Origin: Candidatus Stercoripulliclostridium sp.
GTDB lineage: Bacteria; Bacillota; Clostridia; Christensenellales; DTU072
Reading direction: 5' to 3'
NCBI GenBank assembly: GCA_045594145.1
Contig: JAZNYA010000147.1
Coordinates: forward strand, 1-35,344
DNA: 35,344 bases
In this document: positions 25,284 to 33,182 of the stretch, piece by piece
Numbering within the stretch: the stretch's first letter is position 1
Layout: every line of letters begins with the position of its first letter
Position numbers and translations under genes: made by a program
Notes under the pieces: model-generated
The model's database searches: none
Seen by the model: the letters and a program-made list of their open reading frames with translations, nothing else
Told to the model about the DNA's origin: nothing

Positions 25284-26315
25284 CTATTCGTCAAACTTTA
25301 TATTTTTAAATAGGTCTCCAAGAGTAGCCTTCGGCATTTCGGTTACGTATTCTTTAATACCTGTCTTTGATGCCTTTCTTTCCTTATATCTTTTTGCCAA
25401 ATCATCGTGGTTTACCTTCAAGATATCAAGAAACTTTTCTCTGGACATGAGCTCAAGTTTGCCGTTTTTAACTTCTTCCATCACGAACATTTCTCTTCTA
25501 TCAAGCACGTCGTCTTCTTCCATTTGCACAAAATAATGGCACTCTTTAAGATTTGTTTCGTATCTGCAATTGTGCTTTGAAAGAATATGAATTAGTTCCA
25601 GGGTTTCTTCAAAGTAAGCGTTTTCATACGTCATGCTAAAGCACAACTTTTTGTCCGTCAATTCGCTTTGGATGGGCTTTCCTTTTTTATGCAAACTCCT
25701 TGCTAGATTTTTAATTTCGTGTTGCTTGTTAAGCATACTACTCGTTTGTGACTTACCGCAAATGCTCGGTATCTTTTCTTCTACGTCCTTCAACTCCACG
25801 CCGGATTCACCGGCAAGTTTTTGTATCAATTGACAAACCAAGTAGGAATCTTCATCGCTTCTATGCAAAAATACGGGCTTTTTCAAATTGTATTTTTCTA
25901 TCGCCCTTTCAAGTGAAATGTTGCCGTATTCCTTGTGGACGTATTCGCTAAAAGCTTGGCTATCAACAAAAGAGAAATCTATTTCGTCAAGTCCGTAACG
26001 TGAACAAGCGACTCGCAAAAACTTACAGTCGTTTTCGCCGTCGTGTGCCACGTTAACCATATCGGGCGACTCCAACAATTCTTTGATTTTATTATAATAA
26101 AACGGGAAAGTTGCACACATTTTATAGTAAACTTCCGTGTAATACAACTCTATTCCCGGCCTTCCACGCCTTTCGAAGACTTCAAACCTTGATTCCGGAT
26201 TCATCGGTATGACTTCTCGTTTAAGCACGTTGTAGTTTTCATCCGTTATGACGTACCCAAACTCGCACATACGCAAGCCATCAGAACATTCAATATCAAA
26301 AAACAAATATTTCAT
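25284..26315 (-). CDS. DEDDh 3'-5' exonuclease (DnaQ-like) with a C-terminal BRCT-like segment
   Basis: Exo I is FFDIECSD, Exo II is VAHDGENDCKFL, and Exo III is HRSDEDSYL (H-x4-D). aa ~215-265 (KKLCFSMTYENAYFEETLELIHILSKHNCRYETNLKECHYFVQ) have a BRCT-like pattern, but this is low confidence. Confidence 0.8.
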   Translation of the reverse strand: MKYLFFDIECSDGLRMCEFGYVITDENYNVLKREVIPMNPESRFEVFERRGRPGIELYYTEVYYKMCATFPFYYNKIKELLESPDMVNVAHDGENDCKFLRVACSRYGLDEIDFSFVDSQAFSEYVHKEYGNISLERAIEKYNLKKPVFLHRSDEDSYLVCQLIQKLAGESGVELKDVEEKIPSICGKSQTSSMLNKQHEIKNLARSLHKKGKPIQSELTDKKLCFSMTYENAYFEETLELIHILSKHNCRYETNLKECHYFVQMEEDDVLDRREMFVMEEVKNGKLELMSREKFLDILKVNHDDLAKRYKERKASKTGIKEYVTEMPKATLGDLFKNIKFDE

Positions 26316-26356
26316 CTACTTTTCCTTATCTTTCGCAAATTCGTATCGTCCTTTAT

Positions 26357-26385
26357 ATTTTAACACGATACTACAACCAATTCAA
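26357..26385 (-). promoter_or_regulatory. Promoter of the exonuclease gene
   Basis: Minus-strand TTGAAT (26380-26385), 17-nt spacer, TAAAAT (26357-26362). AAGGAAAAG RBS. Confidence 0.5.
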
Positions 26386-26395
26386 CACCAAAACC

Positions 26396-26424
26396 GATAA
26401 AAAAGACGCTATATAGCGTCTTTT
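26396..26424 (-). terminator. Rho-independent terminator ending the vWA/kinase/PP2C operon
   Basis: AAGACGC-tatata-GCGTCTT hairpin followed by TTTTTT on the minus strand. It is nested inside an outer AAAACCGA...TCGGTTTT complementarity. It lies 21 nt after the PP2C gene stop. Confidence 0.75.
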
Positions 26425-26444
26425 TCCCTTTCGGTTTTAAGAGA

Positions 26445-28772
26445 TTAGTAGTTATACTTTTCAAGCATGGTTTCTAATTCTACCAATATTCTCTTCACTT
26501 CTTCTACGTCAACGTTTCTTGTTGCTCTATATAGGGCAAGTCTCTTGACGTTAAAGCATCTATCTATGACGCTTTGTGTACTTGCCTTGAAGGCTTCCAT
26601 TATTTCATCAAAAACAGCTTCCAGTTCAACTTGAAGTTCACTTGCAGTAACTTCTTCGTCTGCAACGCTTACGTTTAAGCCGTATTTTTGAATTTCTTCT
26701 TCCGTAAAATACTGCTCGACGTTCTTTATGAACGATTCCAAGCACTCCTTCAAGCCATCATATTCAGTTTCCAAGTCTTTTTGAGCACGTTTTAACTCGT
26801 TTTCCTTCTTGGTCTTTTCAAATCCAAGCTTATTCAAAGAACTTTCCGCCGTCTTATATTCTCTAATAGACTTTTCCAGATTATCATATATCTCGCCGTC
26901 CATTTGGAAGATAAACTTAGGTCTACCAAACATGGGCACTTCCTTTCTTTCCCAGTATTGTATAATCTTTCTGAGCTGTTTTAGAGTTTCTTGATAATCT
27001 CTATGATTCTTTTCGCTTGCACGAATAGCCCCTTCTTGTTGGAACCTATAGTTGTCGTTTTCGTTCAACTTTACCGGGCTACGAGAGATTATGCTCTTAC
27101 CTTCGCTGATTCTTCTACTGCATTCTTGTGCAAAGGCTTCCAACAATCTTATTCTTCCTTTAACACCAAAATATTTGCGTCCGTCCTTGCCGAGAACTGA
27201 ACCCCTATTGACAAGTTCATCACCCGTTTGTTCAGCTTCTTTCTTATCGTTTTCCCACTGAGCCATATTCATATCGATTTTTTGAATTTCGCTTTTCGTG
27301 GATGCGATTTTAGCTTGTAAGTCGGTTATAGTGGAAAGCTTTTTATCAAGTTTGGGGAACTGCTTCCTTTGTTCAGCTAGCAATACCATGGCGTCTATCT
27401 TGCCGTTTTTAAAGCAATCTATAAGTTCATTACACTTTGCTTCTTGGGCTCTTTCCAGCCTTTGAGCTTTTTCTTCCTTTTTGAACTCTTTAAGGTTTTC
27501 AAGAACGTCCTTTGTGCCTTGGGTTACTACGGCATCGTTACTATCCGTTAACACCGCACTTGCAACTTCTTGCAATATTCTTTCTTTTACGTCTTGGGCT
27601 CTTTCTTCAACGTATGCTTTTGCATCGACGCTACCATCTATTACAGAGAACAAGTCTTTGTTTGCAAAGTAATCTTTTTGGGCTTTAACAAGCTTATTAT
27701 ATTCTTCTTCAACAAAGTACGTATTTTTAAAGCCTTCAAACTCATCGAAAGCGACAAAAGAAATACTGCAGTCATCGTGGGTGGTGGGCTTGTATTCAGC
27801 ATGCCATAGTTGAGCAAATTCTTCAAAGGATTGGGCTTCCTTTAGAGCCTTTAGCATAACTTCTTCTACGCCGATATTGTCGATAGGGTCAAAAGGGTCG
27901 AAGAAACCGTCGCTACAAGCGAATATCGCACTGCCTTTGGGAAGCTTGTATGCCTTATAACGCAATATAGTATTTGTACCACGTCCTTTGCTGATGGCAA
28001 ACAAGTTGTTGATGGCTCCGGAGTTATCTTCGTCGTCAACGGTTAGTTGTACTAATCCTTTGCCGGGAATTAAAGCGTGTCCCCTAGAGTCGCCTGCCCA
28101 TATAACTTCCACGTTTAGACCATCTTCCATTTCTTTATACCTTATTGCAACCAACGTAGTGGGCAAAATGGATTGGCCTGATATTTCTGCGTCTTTGAGT
28201 TCAAAGCCTTTTTGGGTATCGAGTAATCCTTGATATACGAATTTAACCAGCTTTGCTCTTTCGATTTCATTACTTAAATCCATGTCGCCATTTGTTCTAA
28301 GGTAATAAACGGTTCTTGCAATAGCAATACGAGAACCCCAGAGAGCCGACGTATCCGATGCTTCGTCAGACATGGGTTTTACCATTTCATCTATCCAGCT
28401 TCTAAACTCTTCATCTAGTTCCTGTTTATCAAGCTCGCTTCCTTCCGCTTCGTTTATAACAGTTTCTTTGCCTTCGCTAATTACTTCTTCCAAAACTTCT
28501 ACGCAAGTTTCCTTTTCTTCCAAAGCCACAACTTCTTGTTTGTTAGAATCGGTCTTTTCCGTAAAATATTCGGGTAAAAAGGTGGTTTTTAGCGTTTCTG
28601 CAAAATCGCCCTTTTTGCATTGCTCTTCTATTACGTGAACAAAAGAGCCGGAGCCACCCAAGCCATCCGCTACTGCGATTAGTCCGCTTTTTTCTTCGGC
28701 ATCTACGTAAACGTACGGCTCAGCGTCTTCATTTTTTTGTACTTTGTAAAATCTAAAATAGTTAGTACTCAT
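26445..28772 (-). CDS. PP2C-family Ser/Thr phosphatase fused to a ~430-aa predicted coiled-coil tail
   Basis: 775 aa. All four PP2C metal-binding motifs are present: VADGLGGSG, WAGDSRGH, FACSDGFFD, THDDCSISFV. There is an acidic insert (aa ~75-125). aa ~343-775 are heptad-like and rich in K/E/Q. AAGGAAG RBS lies 9 nt after the kinase stop. Confidence 0.8.
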   Translation of the reverse strand: MSTNYFRFYKVQKNEDAEPYVYVDAEEKSGLIAVADGLGGSGSFVHVIEEQCKKGDFAETLKTTFLPEYFTEKTDSNKQEVVALEEKETCVEVLEEVISEGKETVINEAEGSELDKQELDEEFRSWIDEMVKPMSDEASDTSALWGSRIAIARTVYYLRTNGDMDLSNEIERAKLVKFVYQGLLDTQKGFELKDAEISGQSILPTTLVAIRYKEMEDGLNVEVIWAGDSRGHALIPGKGLVQLTVDDEDNSGAINNLFAISKGRGTNTILRYKAYKLPKGSAIFACSDGFFDPFDPIDNIGVEEVMLKALKEAQSFEEFAQLWHAEYKPTTHDDCSISFVAFDEFEGFKNTYFVEEEYNKLVKAQKDYFANKDLFSVIDGSVDAKAYVEERAQDVKERILQEVASAVLTDSNDAVVTQGTKDVLENLKEFKKEEKAQRLERAQEAKCNELIDCFKNGKIDAMVLLAEQRKQFPKLDKKLSTITDLQAKIASTKSEIQKIDMNMAQWENDKKEAEQTGDELVNRGSVLGKDGRKYFGVKGRIRLLEAFAQECSRRISEGKSIISRSPVKLNENDNYRFQQEGAIRASEKNHRDYQETLKQLRKIIQYWERKEVPMFGRPKFIFQMDGEIYDNLEKSIREYKTAESSLNKLGFEKTKKENELKRAQKDLETEYDGLKECLESFIKNVEQYFTEEEIQKYGLNVSVADEEVTASELQVELEAVFDEIMEAFKASTQSVIDRCFNVKRLALYRATRNVDVEEVKRILVELETMLEKYNY

Positions 28773-28781
28773 TTTCTTCCT

Positions 28782-30386
28782 TTATATAAATTGCATTATT
28801 TTGATGTATCCTATGTTGACAATCGATTCTTTTTCCGTTCCGTCAACCATATGAACAACTCTATATTTGTGTTGACCGCCTTCATCAACTCTTTCTATCT
28901 TGGCAACGTTTCTCTTAGCAAGATTTGCTTGATTGTATGCACTTCCGTGTTCCGGCCAAGGCGTATCCGCATCGATAGTAACGGTGGCAACGGCTTTAGG
29001 CTTTGCAATACCACGGCTAAGAAGTCCTTGCCTGCTGGTCGTATAACCCTGTCCGCCTATCGTTCTTATAAAATAGAACTTCTTAACACCTAAGTCTTTG
29101 GGCTCGACTGCGACTATGCCAAGCTTTGCTATTTCGTCTGCAGACACAAGCTCAATAGTCTTTTCATCTTCCGGGAAAAGAACTCCCAGCGTTATGGGTT
29201 TTGCCTTTGCGAAGCCCTTTTCTATTAGCTCTTCGATAGTCAACCTTTGCTCGCTTCCGTCCGCCATCTTGATAGCGTACTTATAAGCACCGGCATCATA
29301 TACCTTTTTGAATCCCTTGACGTTCTTGGCTTTTAGCTCGTCTTTGTCTAAATCTTCAACTACGTTCTTGTGAAGGCTGTGAAGTTCTAATTCGAACTTG
29401 GAGCTGGTTCCAATACCATTAAAGTGGTCGCTTACGTCCAACCTATCGCTAAGTGCTTCTATTACTTGTTCGGCAGTCGGTCTCATTGCGAAATCTTTTT
29501 CCAACATCCAACCTAGTAGTGCCGTGAACTTACAATCGTTGTTAGAACCAAGCGATACGTCGAACTTAGAGTCTAGCTTAATGGGCGTTCCCATATATAC
29601 CGCTTCGCCAACAGGACAATCGTCACCAACTACCACAGGGAAATCTCCCGTCCATAGTCTATGGAAAATTAAAGCAAGAGTAAAGATGTCCGTCTTATTG
29701 GTAATTTGCGACTCGTCCGTTTCTTCGCCTTCTTCGTTGTTGAAGTTGTTTATTGCGATTTCAGGACTTTGGTATCCCGGGGAGAATACAACGGGTAGCT
29801 TAAGTAGTGGCATACCATCGGCTCCCTTTCTTACGCCATAGTCGCTGGGATAAGACGAATCAAAGTCGATTAGGTACGGAACAAGCACTCCCGAATTGTC
29901 TTGGATTAATACGTTCTTTTCCTTCAAGTCCCCGTGCGTTACGCCCGCAACGTGTGCCTTTTTGATTAACTCTGTAATATCCAAACAAAGCTTAACGAAC
30001 GTGGCTTGGTCTAGTGCCGTATAGTCAACGTTTTGAGCTTCGTTGGGGATTGCACGAGTTACCGTGGTAAACATATTGTCATCCCAAAAGTTTTCTTCTT
30101 CCGTTACGATATGGTCCTTATCAATAGTTATTCCCGCTCTGGAAAACAACCTACGGATTTCTTCTTGCTTTGTCGTCAAGGAATCGGCTATTGCCTTTTG
30201 CTCGGAATATATTGGTTCCGGGATGGTGCGAGAAGGCAATCTCGGACCCATCGTATACCTTTTAATGAAATACTTTTGACCGCCGTATTCACCAATTACA
30301 AACGCTCCGTTACCGGTAACCTTCCAATTGATTACGCCATCGACGACGTCTGCGGGATTTATTTCATATTTAGAATGATATTTCAT
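28782..30386 (-). CDS. Hanks-type Ser/Thr protein kinase with a triple-repeat C-terminal domain
   Basis: 534 aa. Gly-rich loop TGNGAFVIGEY, Lys in YFIKRY, catalytic loop THGDLKEKN, Mg-binding DFD, GYQSPE (APE-like). aa 350-530 contain three ~45-aa repeats. AAAGGAG RBS. Confidence 0.85.
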   Translation of the reverse strand: MKYHSKYEINPADVVDGVINWKVTGNGAFVIGEYGGQKYFIKRYTMGPRLPSRTIPEPIYSEQKAIADSLTTKQEEIRRLFSRAGITIDKDHIVTEEENFWDDNMFTTVTRAIPNEAQNVDYTALDQATFVKLCLDITELIKKAHVAGVTHGDLKEKNVLIQDNSGVLVPYLIDFDSSYPSDYGVRKGADGMPLLKLPVVFSPGYQSPEIAINNFNNEEGEETDESQITNKTDIFTLALIFHRLWTGDFPVVVGDDCPVGEAVYMGTPIKLDSKFDVSLGSNNDCKFTALLGWMLEKDFAMRPTAEQVIEALSDRLDVSDHFNGIGTSSKFELELHSLHKNVVEDLDKDELKAKNVKGFKKVYDAGAYKYAIKMADGSEQRLTIEELIEKGFAKAKPITLGVLFPEDEKTIELVSADEIAKLGIVAVEPKDLGVKKFYFIRTIGGQGYTTSRQGLLSRGIAKPKAVATVTIDADTPWPEHGSAYNQANLAKRNVAKIERVDEGGQHKYRVVHMVDGTEKESIVNIGYIKIMQFI

Positions 30387-30406
30387 TGCTACTCCTTTAA
30401 TTATCT

Positions 30407-31105
30407 TTAGCTTTGAGAACTAGCACTTGCACATAGGATTTTGAGAATACCATCAAACGAAACGTCTGACATACCTTTATCGGCTACTACCGGTTGGAAC
30501 GATGACCTATTAAGCACTCTTGCAAGGTCTTCATACTTTGAACCGGCGGGAGCAAACATAACGATTCTCTTACCCCTTTCCGTCATCTTGTTTGCATTAC
30601 CGAGCTTACAGAACCAGGTGTTGATTAAGGCGTCTTGGGTCAATCCGGTAGGATAACCCGTTCTTGCATCCTTTTCACCAAACCCTATAGCATCGGTATC
30701 GGTAAACAATACGATAACTTGTCTGTCGTTGGTGCCCTTTGCCTTGAACTCTGTCGTCATTGCTGATTGAAGAGCTTCTAGGCCACTTTCTTTTTTGTCT
30801 CCGCCACCTATTGCTTTGATGCCGTTAAGATATCTTTCGAAATCATAATCTTCATCCGGGAGTTCGAAGAATCTGCTCTTTACCAATCCTTCTACGTCGC
30901 ATTCTAGGTCACGGAATACTATAACCTGCACTCTCAACATATCTACGTCACTGTTATAATCGTTTACTATACTTTGATAAAAGTCTTTGTAGAACGTTCT
31001 AGCGTGATTTCTGATATTATCGATACACGGTCCCATACTACTAGTTCCGTCTATGCAGAAAACTATATCGATATTTCTTCCTTTTCTTAGTTGGTTAAAT
31101 CCCAT
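30407..31105 (-). CDS. Cytoplasmic vWA-domain protein (paralog B of 32066..32782)
   Basis: 232 aa. MIDAS-type IDIVFCIDGTSSM, GGGDKKESGLEA, VLFTDTDA. No signal peptide. About 45% identity by eye to the vWA at 32066..32782. AAGGAG RBS. Confidence 0.85.
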   Translation of the reverse strand: MGFNQLRKGRNIDIVFCIDGTSSMGPCIDNIRNHARTFYKDFYQSIVNDYNSDVDMLRVQVIVFRDLECDVEGLVKSRFFELPDEDYDFERYLNGIKAIGGGDKKESGLEALQSAMTTEFKAKGTNDRQVIVLFTDTDAIGFGEKDARTGYPTGLTQDALINTWFCKLGNANKMTERGKRIVMFAPAGSKYEDLARVLNRSSFQPVVADKGMSDVSFDGILKILCASASSQS

Positions 31106-31115
31106 TATTTTCTCC

Positions 31116-31976
31116 TTAAGCGTTGTTACCTGACTTTCTTAAAATGTCTGCTATTTGAGCAAACGTGCTGGTTAATTGTGCACTGCCACCGGTGGGCGGA
31201 CCGTTTATGGTTCTCATTTTCGATAGCGAATATTCATCAGCACCCGTTATACCAACAGCCATAATTTCCGCATCTCCTTTTGCCAGCACGGCATCTCTTG
31301 CCCTTATAGCTGCATTTAAATCGAAGAATTCACCGTCTGTTACAAAGATGATGAAAACCGGATTCTTTGCTCTCATTACGTCTGACCTGATGTAATCAAA
31401 GGGGCTATCTGCACAAGTTCCACCACCAACGTTACAATTATCGTTTTCATACGTTCTTAAAGCGGAACTTATTTTCGATACGCTGTTTTCGCCTTTGAAT
31501 AGATACGTTGCACTATTTGCCCAAGGAACAAAACTATAAGTATTATTCATATCTTGTAGCTGTTGTACCAGCGAAGTTACAGCCCTTGATGCTTCACGTC
31601 TATCGCTCGTTGACATACTGCCAGATGCATCCATCAAAAAGTAAACGTCGAAAGCTCCGGTGTTGTTTTTAACAATTTCCAAGCCCGAACAATATAAGCA
31701 TTGGTACCATAGTTCGCCTTTCTTAACGGGACAACCCCTGCTCTTATCGCACGACATGGGCGTTCTGCTGTTGGTCGTTGCACAACTCTTTAGGTGGCTA
31801 GATACTTCCGGAAGAGCGTCGTTAAAATCGGTATTGATTTGACTTGCTATAGCATCGTCGATATCATAGAAGTTAACTACTTGGTCTCTTCCGTTGTTTT
31901 TATCTATTGTTACAAGTCCGTATTTTTTGGACTTGGGGCAATACGTTTTAACGTATTTTTTGTTATCTGTGCTCAT
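31116..31976 (-). CDS. vWA-domain protein (TerY-like DxSGS MIDAS) with a Cys-rich N-terminal module
   Basis: 286 aa. aa 1-~100 carry 6 Cys including CLYC. The vWA part has VYFLMDASGSMS, VGGGT and IFVTDGEF. AAGGAGA RBS. Confidence 0.8.
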   Translation of the reverse strand: MSTDNKKYVKTYCPKSKKYGLVTIDKNNGRDQVVNFYDIDDAIASQINTDFNDALPEVSSHLKSCATTNSRTPMSCDKSRGCPVKKGELWYQCLYCSGLEIVKNNTGAFDVYFLMDASGSMSTSDRREASRAVTSLVQQLQDMNNTYSFVPWANSATYLFKGENSVSKISSALRTYENDNCNVGGGTCADSPFDYIRSDVMRAKNPVFIIFVTDGEFFDLNAAIRARDAVLAKGDAEIMAVGITGADEYSLSKMRTINGPPTGGSAQLTSTFAQIADILRKSGNNA

Positions 31977-32065
31977 CTTTTCTCCTTGTTTGCCGACCTG
32001 CTGACTATCTTTAATCGGATTTCCTTTTCTTCTTTAGAAATTTTGTTTTGACTGCCTATCGTACG

Positions 32066-32782
32066 TTATGAAGCTGCACTTGCAGATGCTACAACAATCT
32101 TTAGGATTTCATCAAAGTCGATATCCGCAAGACCTGCATCCATTTGTACGGGCTTGAATACGCTACGATTGAATTCTGCTTGCATGCTTTCGTAAACCGT
32201 TCCGGCGGGAGCAAACATGACGAGTCTCTTGCTTCTTTCTTTGAGCGAGAATTCGCTTTGTCCCAGGAAGTCGGGGCGAGTGCCGTACCAAGCTTTTACG
32301 AGACCATCTTTATCGACCATGTTCTTAGGATAGTCTGCAGAAGTTTCTCTTGCCTTCAAGGGTACTGCATCGGCGTCGGTGAAGAGAACTATAACTTGTC
32401 TGTCCTTGTCGCCTTTTGCGTTCCACTTGGAAGCCATTGCGGTAAAGATGGCTTCTAATCCGTTTTCGGGATCGTCGCCACCGCCGTCTGCGATAATACC
32501 GTTAAGATGCGTTTCATAATCGGCATCGTCACCGGCAGTAATATCGAACCAACGGCTCTCTACCATTGCGTTGACACCATCGCATTCATAGTCACGGAAA
32601 GTGATAACCTTTAAGTTCAAAGAATCGACGACACTACCGGATTCCGTCATTTTTTGAACGAAGTCTTGGTAGAATTTCTTCGCATTGCTCTTAACCTTAT
32701 CAAGACACGGGGTCATGCTTCCGGTTCCATCGATGCAGAAAACGATGTCAATGTTTCGTGATGCGTTACTATTTAGTCCCAT
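32066..32782 (-). CDS. Cytoplasmic vWA-domain protein (paralog A)
   Basis: I place the start at ATG 32782 (MGLNSNASRNIDIVFCIDGTGSM), which has AGGAGA 8 nt upstream. The 31 upstream codons in the track ORF run through the 5'UTR and promoter. MIDAS-type DGTGS, GGGDDPENGLEA, VLFTDADA. Confidence 0.85.
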   Translation of the reverse strand: MGLNSNASRNIDIVFCIDGTGSMTPCLDKVKSNAKKFYQDFVQKMTESGSVVDSLNLKVITFRDYECDGVNAMVESRWFDITAGDDADYETHLNGIIADGGGDDPENGLEAIFTAMASKWNAKGDKDRQVIVLFTDADAVPLKARETSADYPKNMVDKDGLVKAWYGTRPDFLGQSEFSLKERSKRLVMFAPAGTVYESMQAEFNRSVFKPVQMDAGLADIDFDEILKIVVASASAAS

Positions 32783-32846
32783 TTTTTTAATCTCCTTTTT
32801 GGGTTTTTTATTTTTCTTTTTTGGGCTTTCCCGCCCTTGTGAGTAT

Positions 32847-32875
32847 AGTATAGCATTGCGGTATACCCGAGTCAA
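32847..32875 (-). promoter_or_regulatory. Promoter of the vWA/kinase/PP2C operon
   Basis: Minus-strand TTGACT (32870-32875), 17-nt spacer, TATACT (32847-32852). The predicted 5'UTR is ~58 nt and begins with a GGGC-gggaaa-GCCC hairpin. Confidence 0.55.
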
Positions 32876-33021
32876 TGAACCCGTTTTTCGACAAATACCA
32901 GTTTTTTGTTCATTTAAAAAATTTCTTCTACTTCTTATATTTTTCTTGTAAAAAATACAAATTTTGCGTGTTTTCCTTTAAAAATGGTCGCTTTTTATGC
33001 TTGTGCCTAAAAGTTAGCAAT

Positions 33022-33047
33022 AAAAAAACAGGTCCCATATGAGACCT
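33022..33047 (-). terminator. Rho-independent terminator downstream of the HTH gene
   Basis: Minus-strand AGGTCTC-atat-GGGACCT (7-bp stem including one G-U pair) followed by GTTTTTTT. Confidence 0.65.
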
Positions 33048-33182
33048 TACGTTTATTTCTTTTCCAATTATTAATTGTGCTTAGAAACCTTAAAACTTAT
33101 GTTAATGCTTTGCGTTATTGTTTAAAAAAACAGTATTTATTTTTTAATAAATATATTTTTGCGAGTCTTTGGTAGGTTGGGG

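Noticed and set aside
32783-32875. 31-codon N-terminal extension of the first vWA ORF (MTRVYRNAILYSQGRESPKKKNKKPKKEIKK).
   Set aside because: - It runs through the predicted promoter and 5'UTR.
- The ATG at 32782 has an AGGAGA RBS and starts exactly where the paralog at 31105 starts (M-G-[LF]-N...NIDIVFCIDG).
33048-33182. AT-only inverted repeat TATTTATT-tttt-AATAAATA and surrounding A/T tracts downstream of the HTH gene.
   Set aside because: - It is pure A/T low-complexity sequence of negligible stability.
- The GC-containing hairpin at 33022-33047 explains termination.
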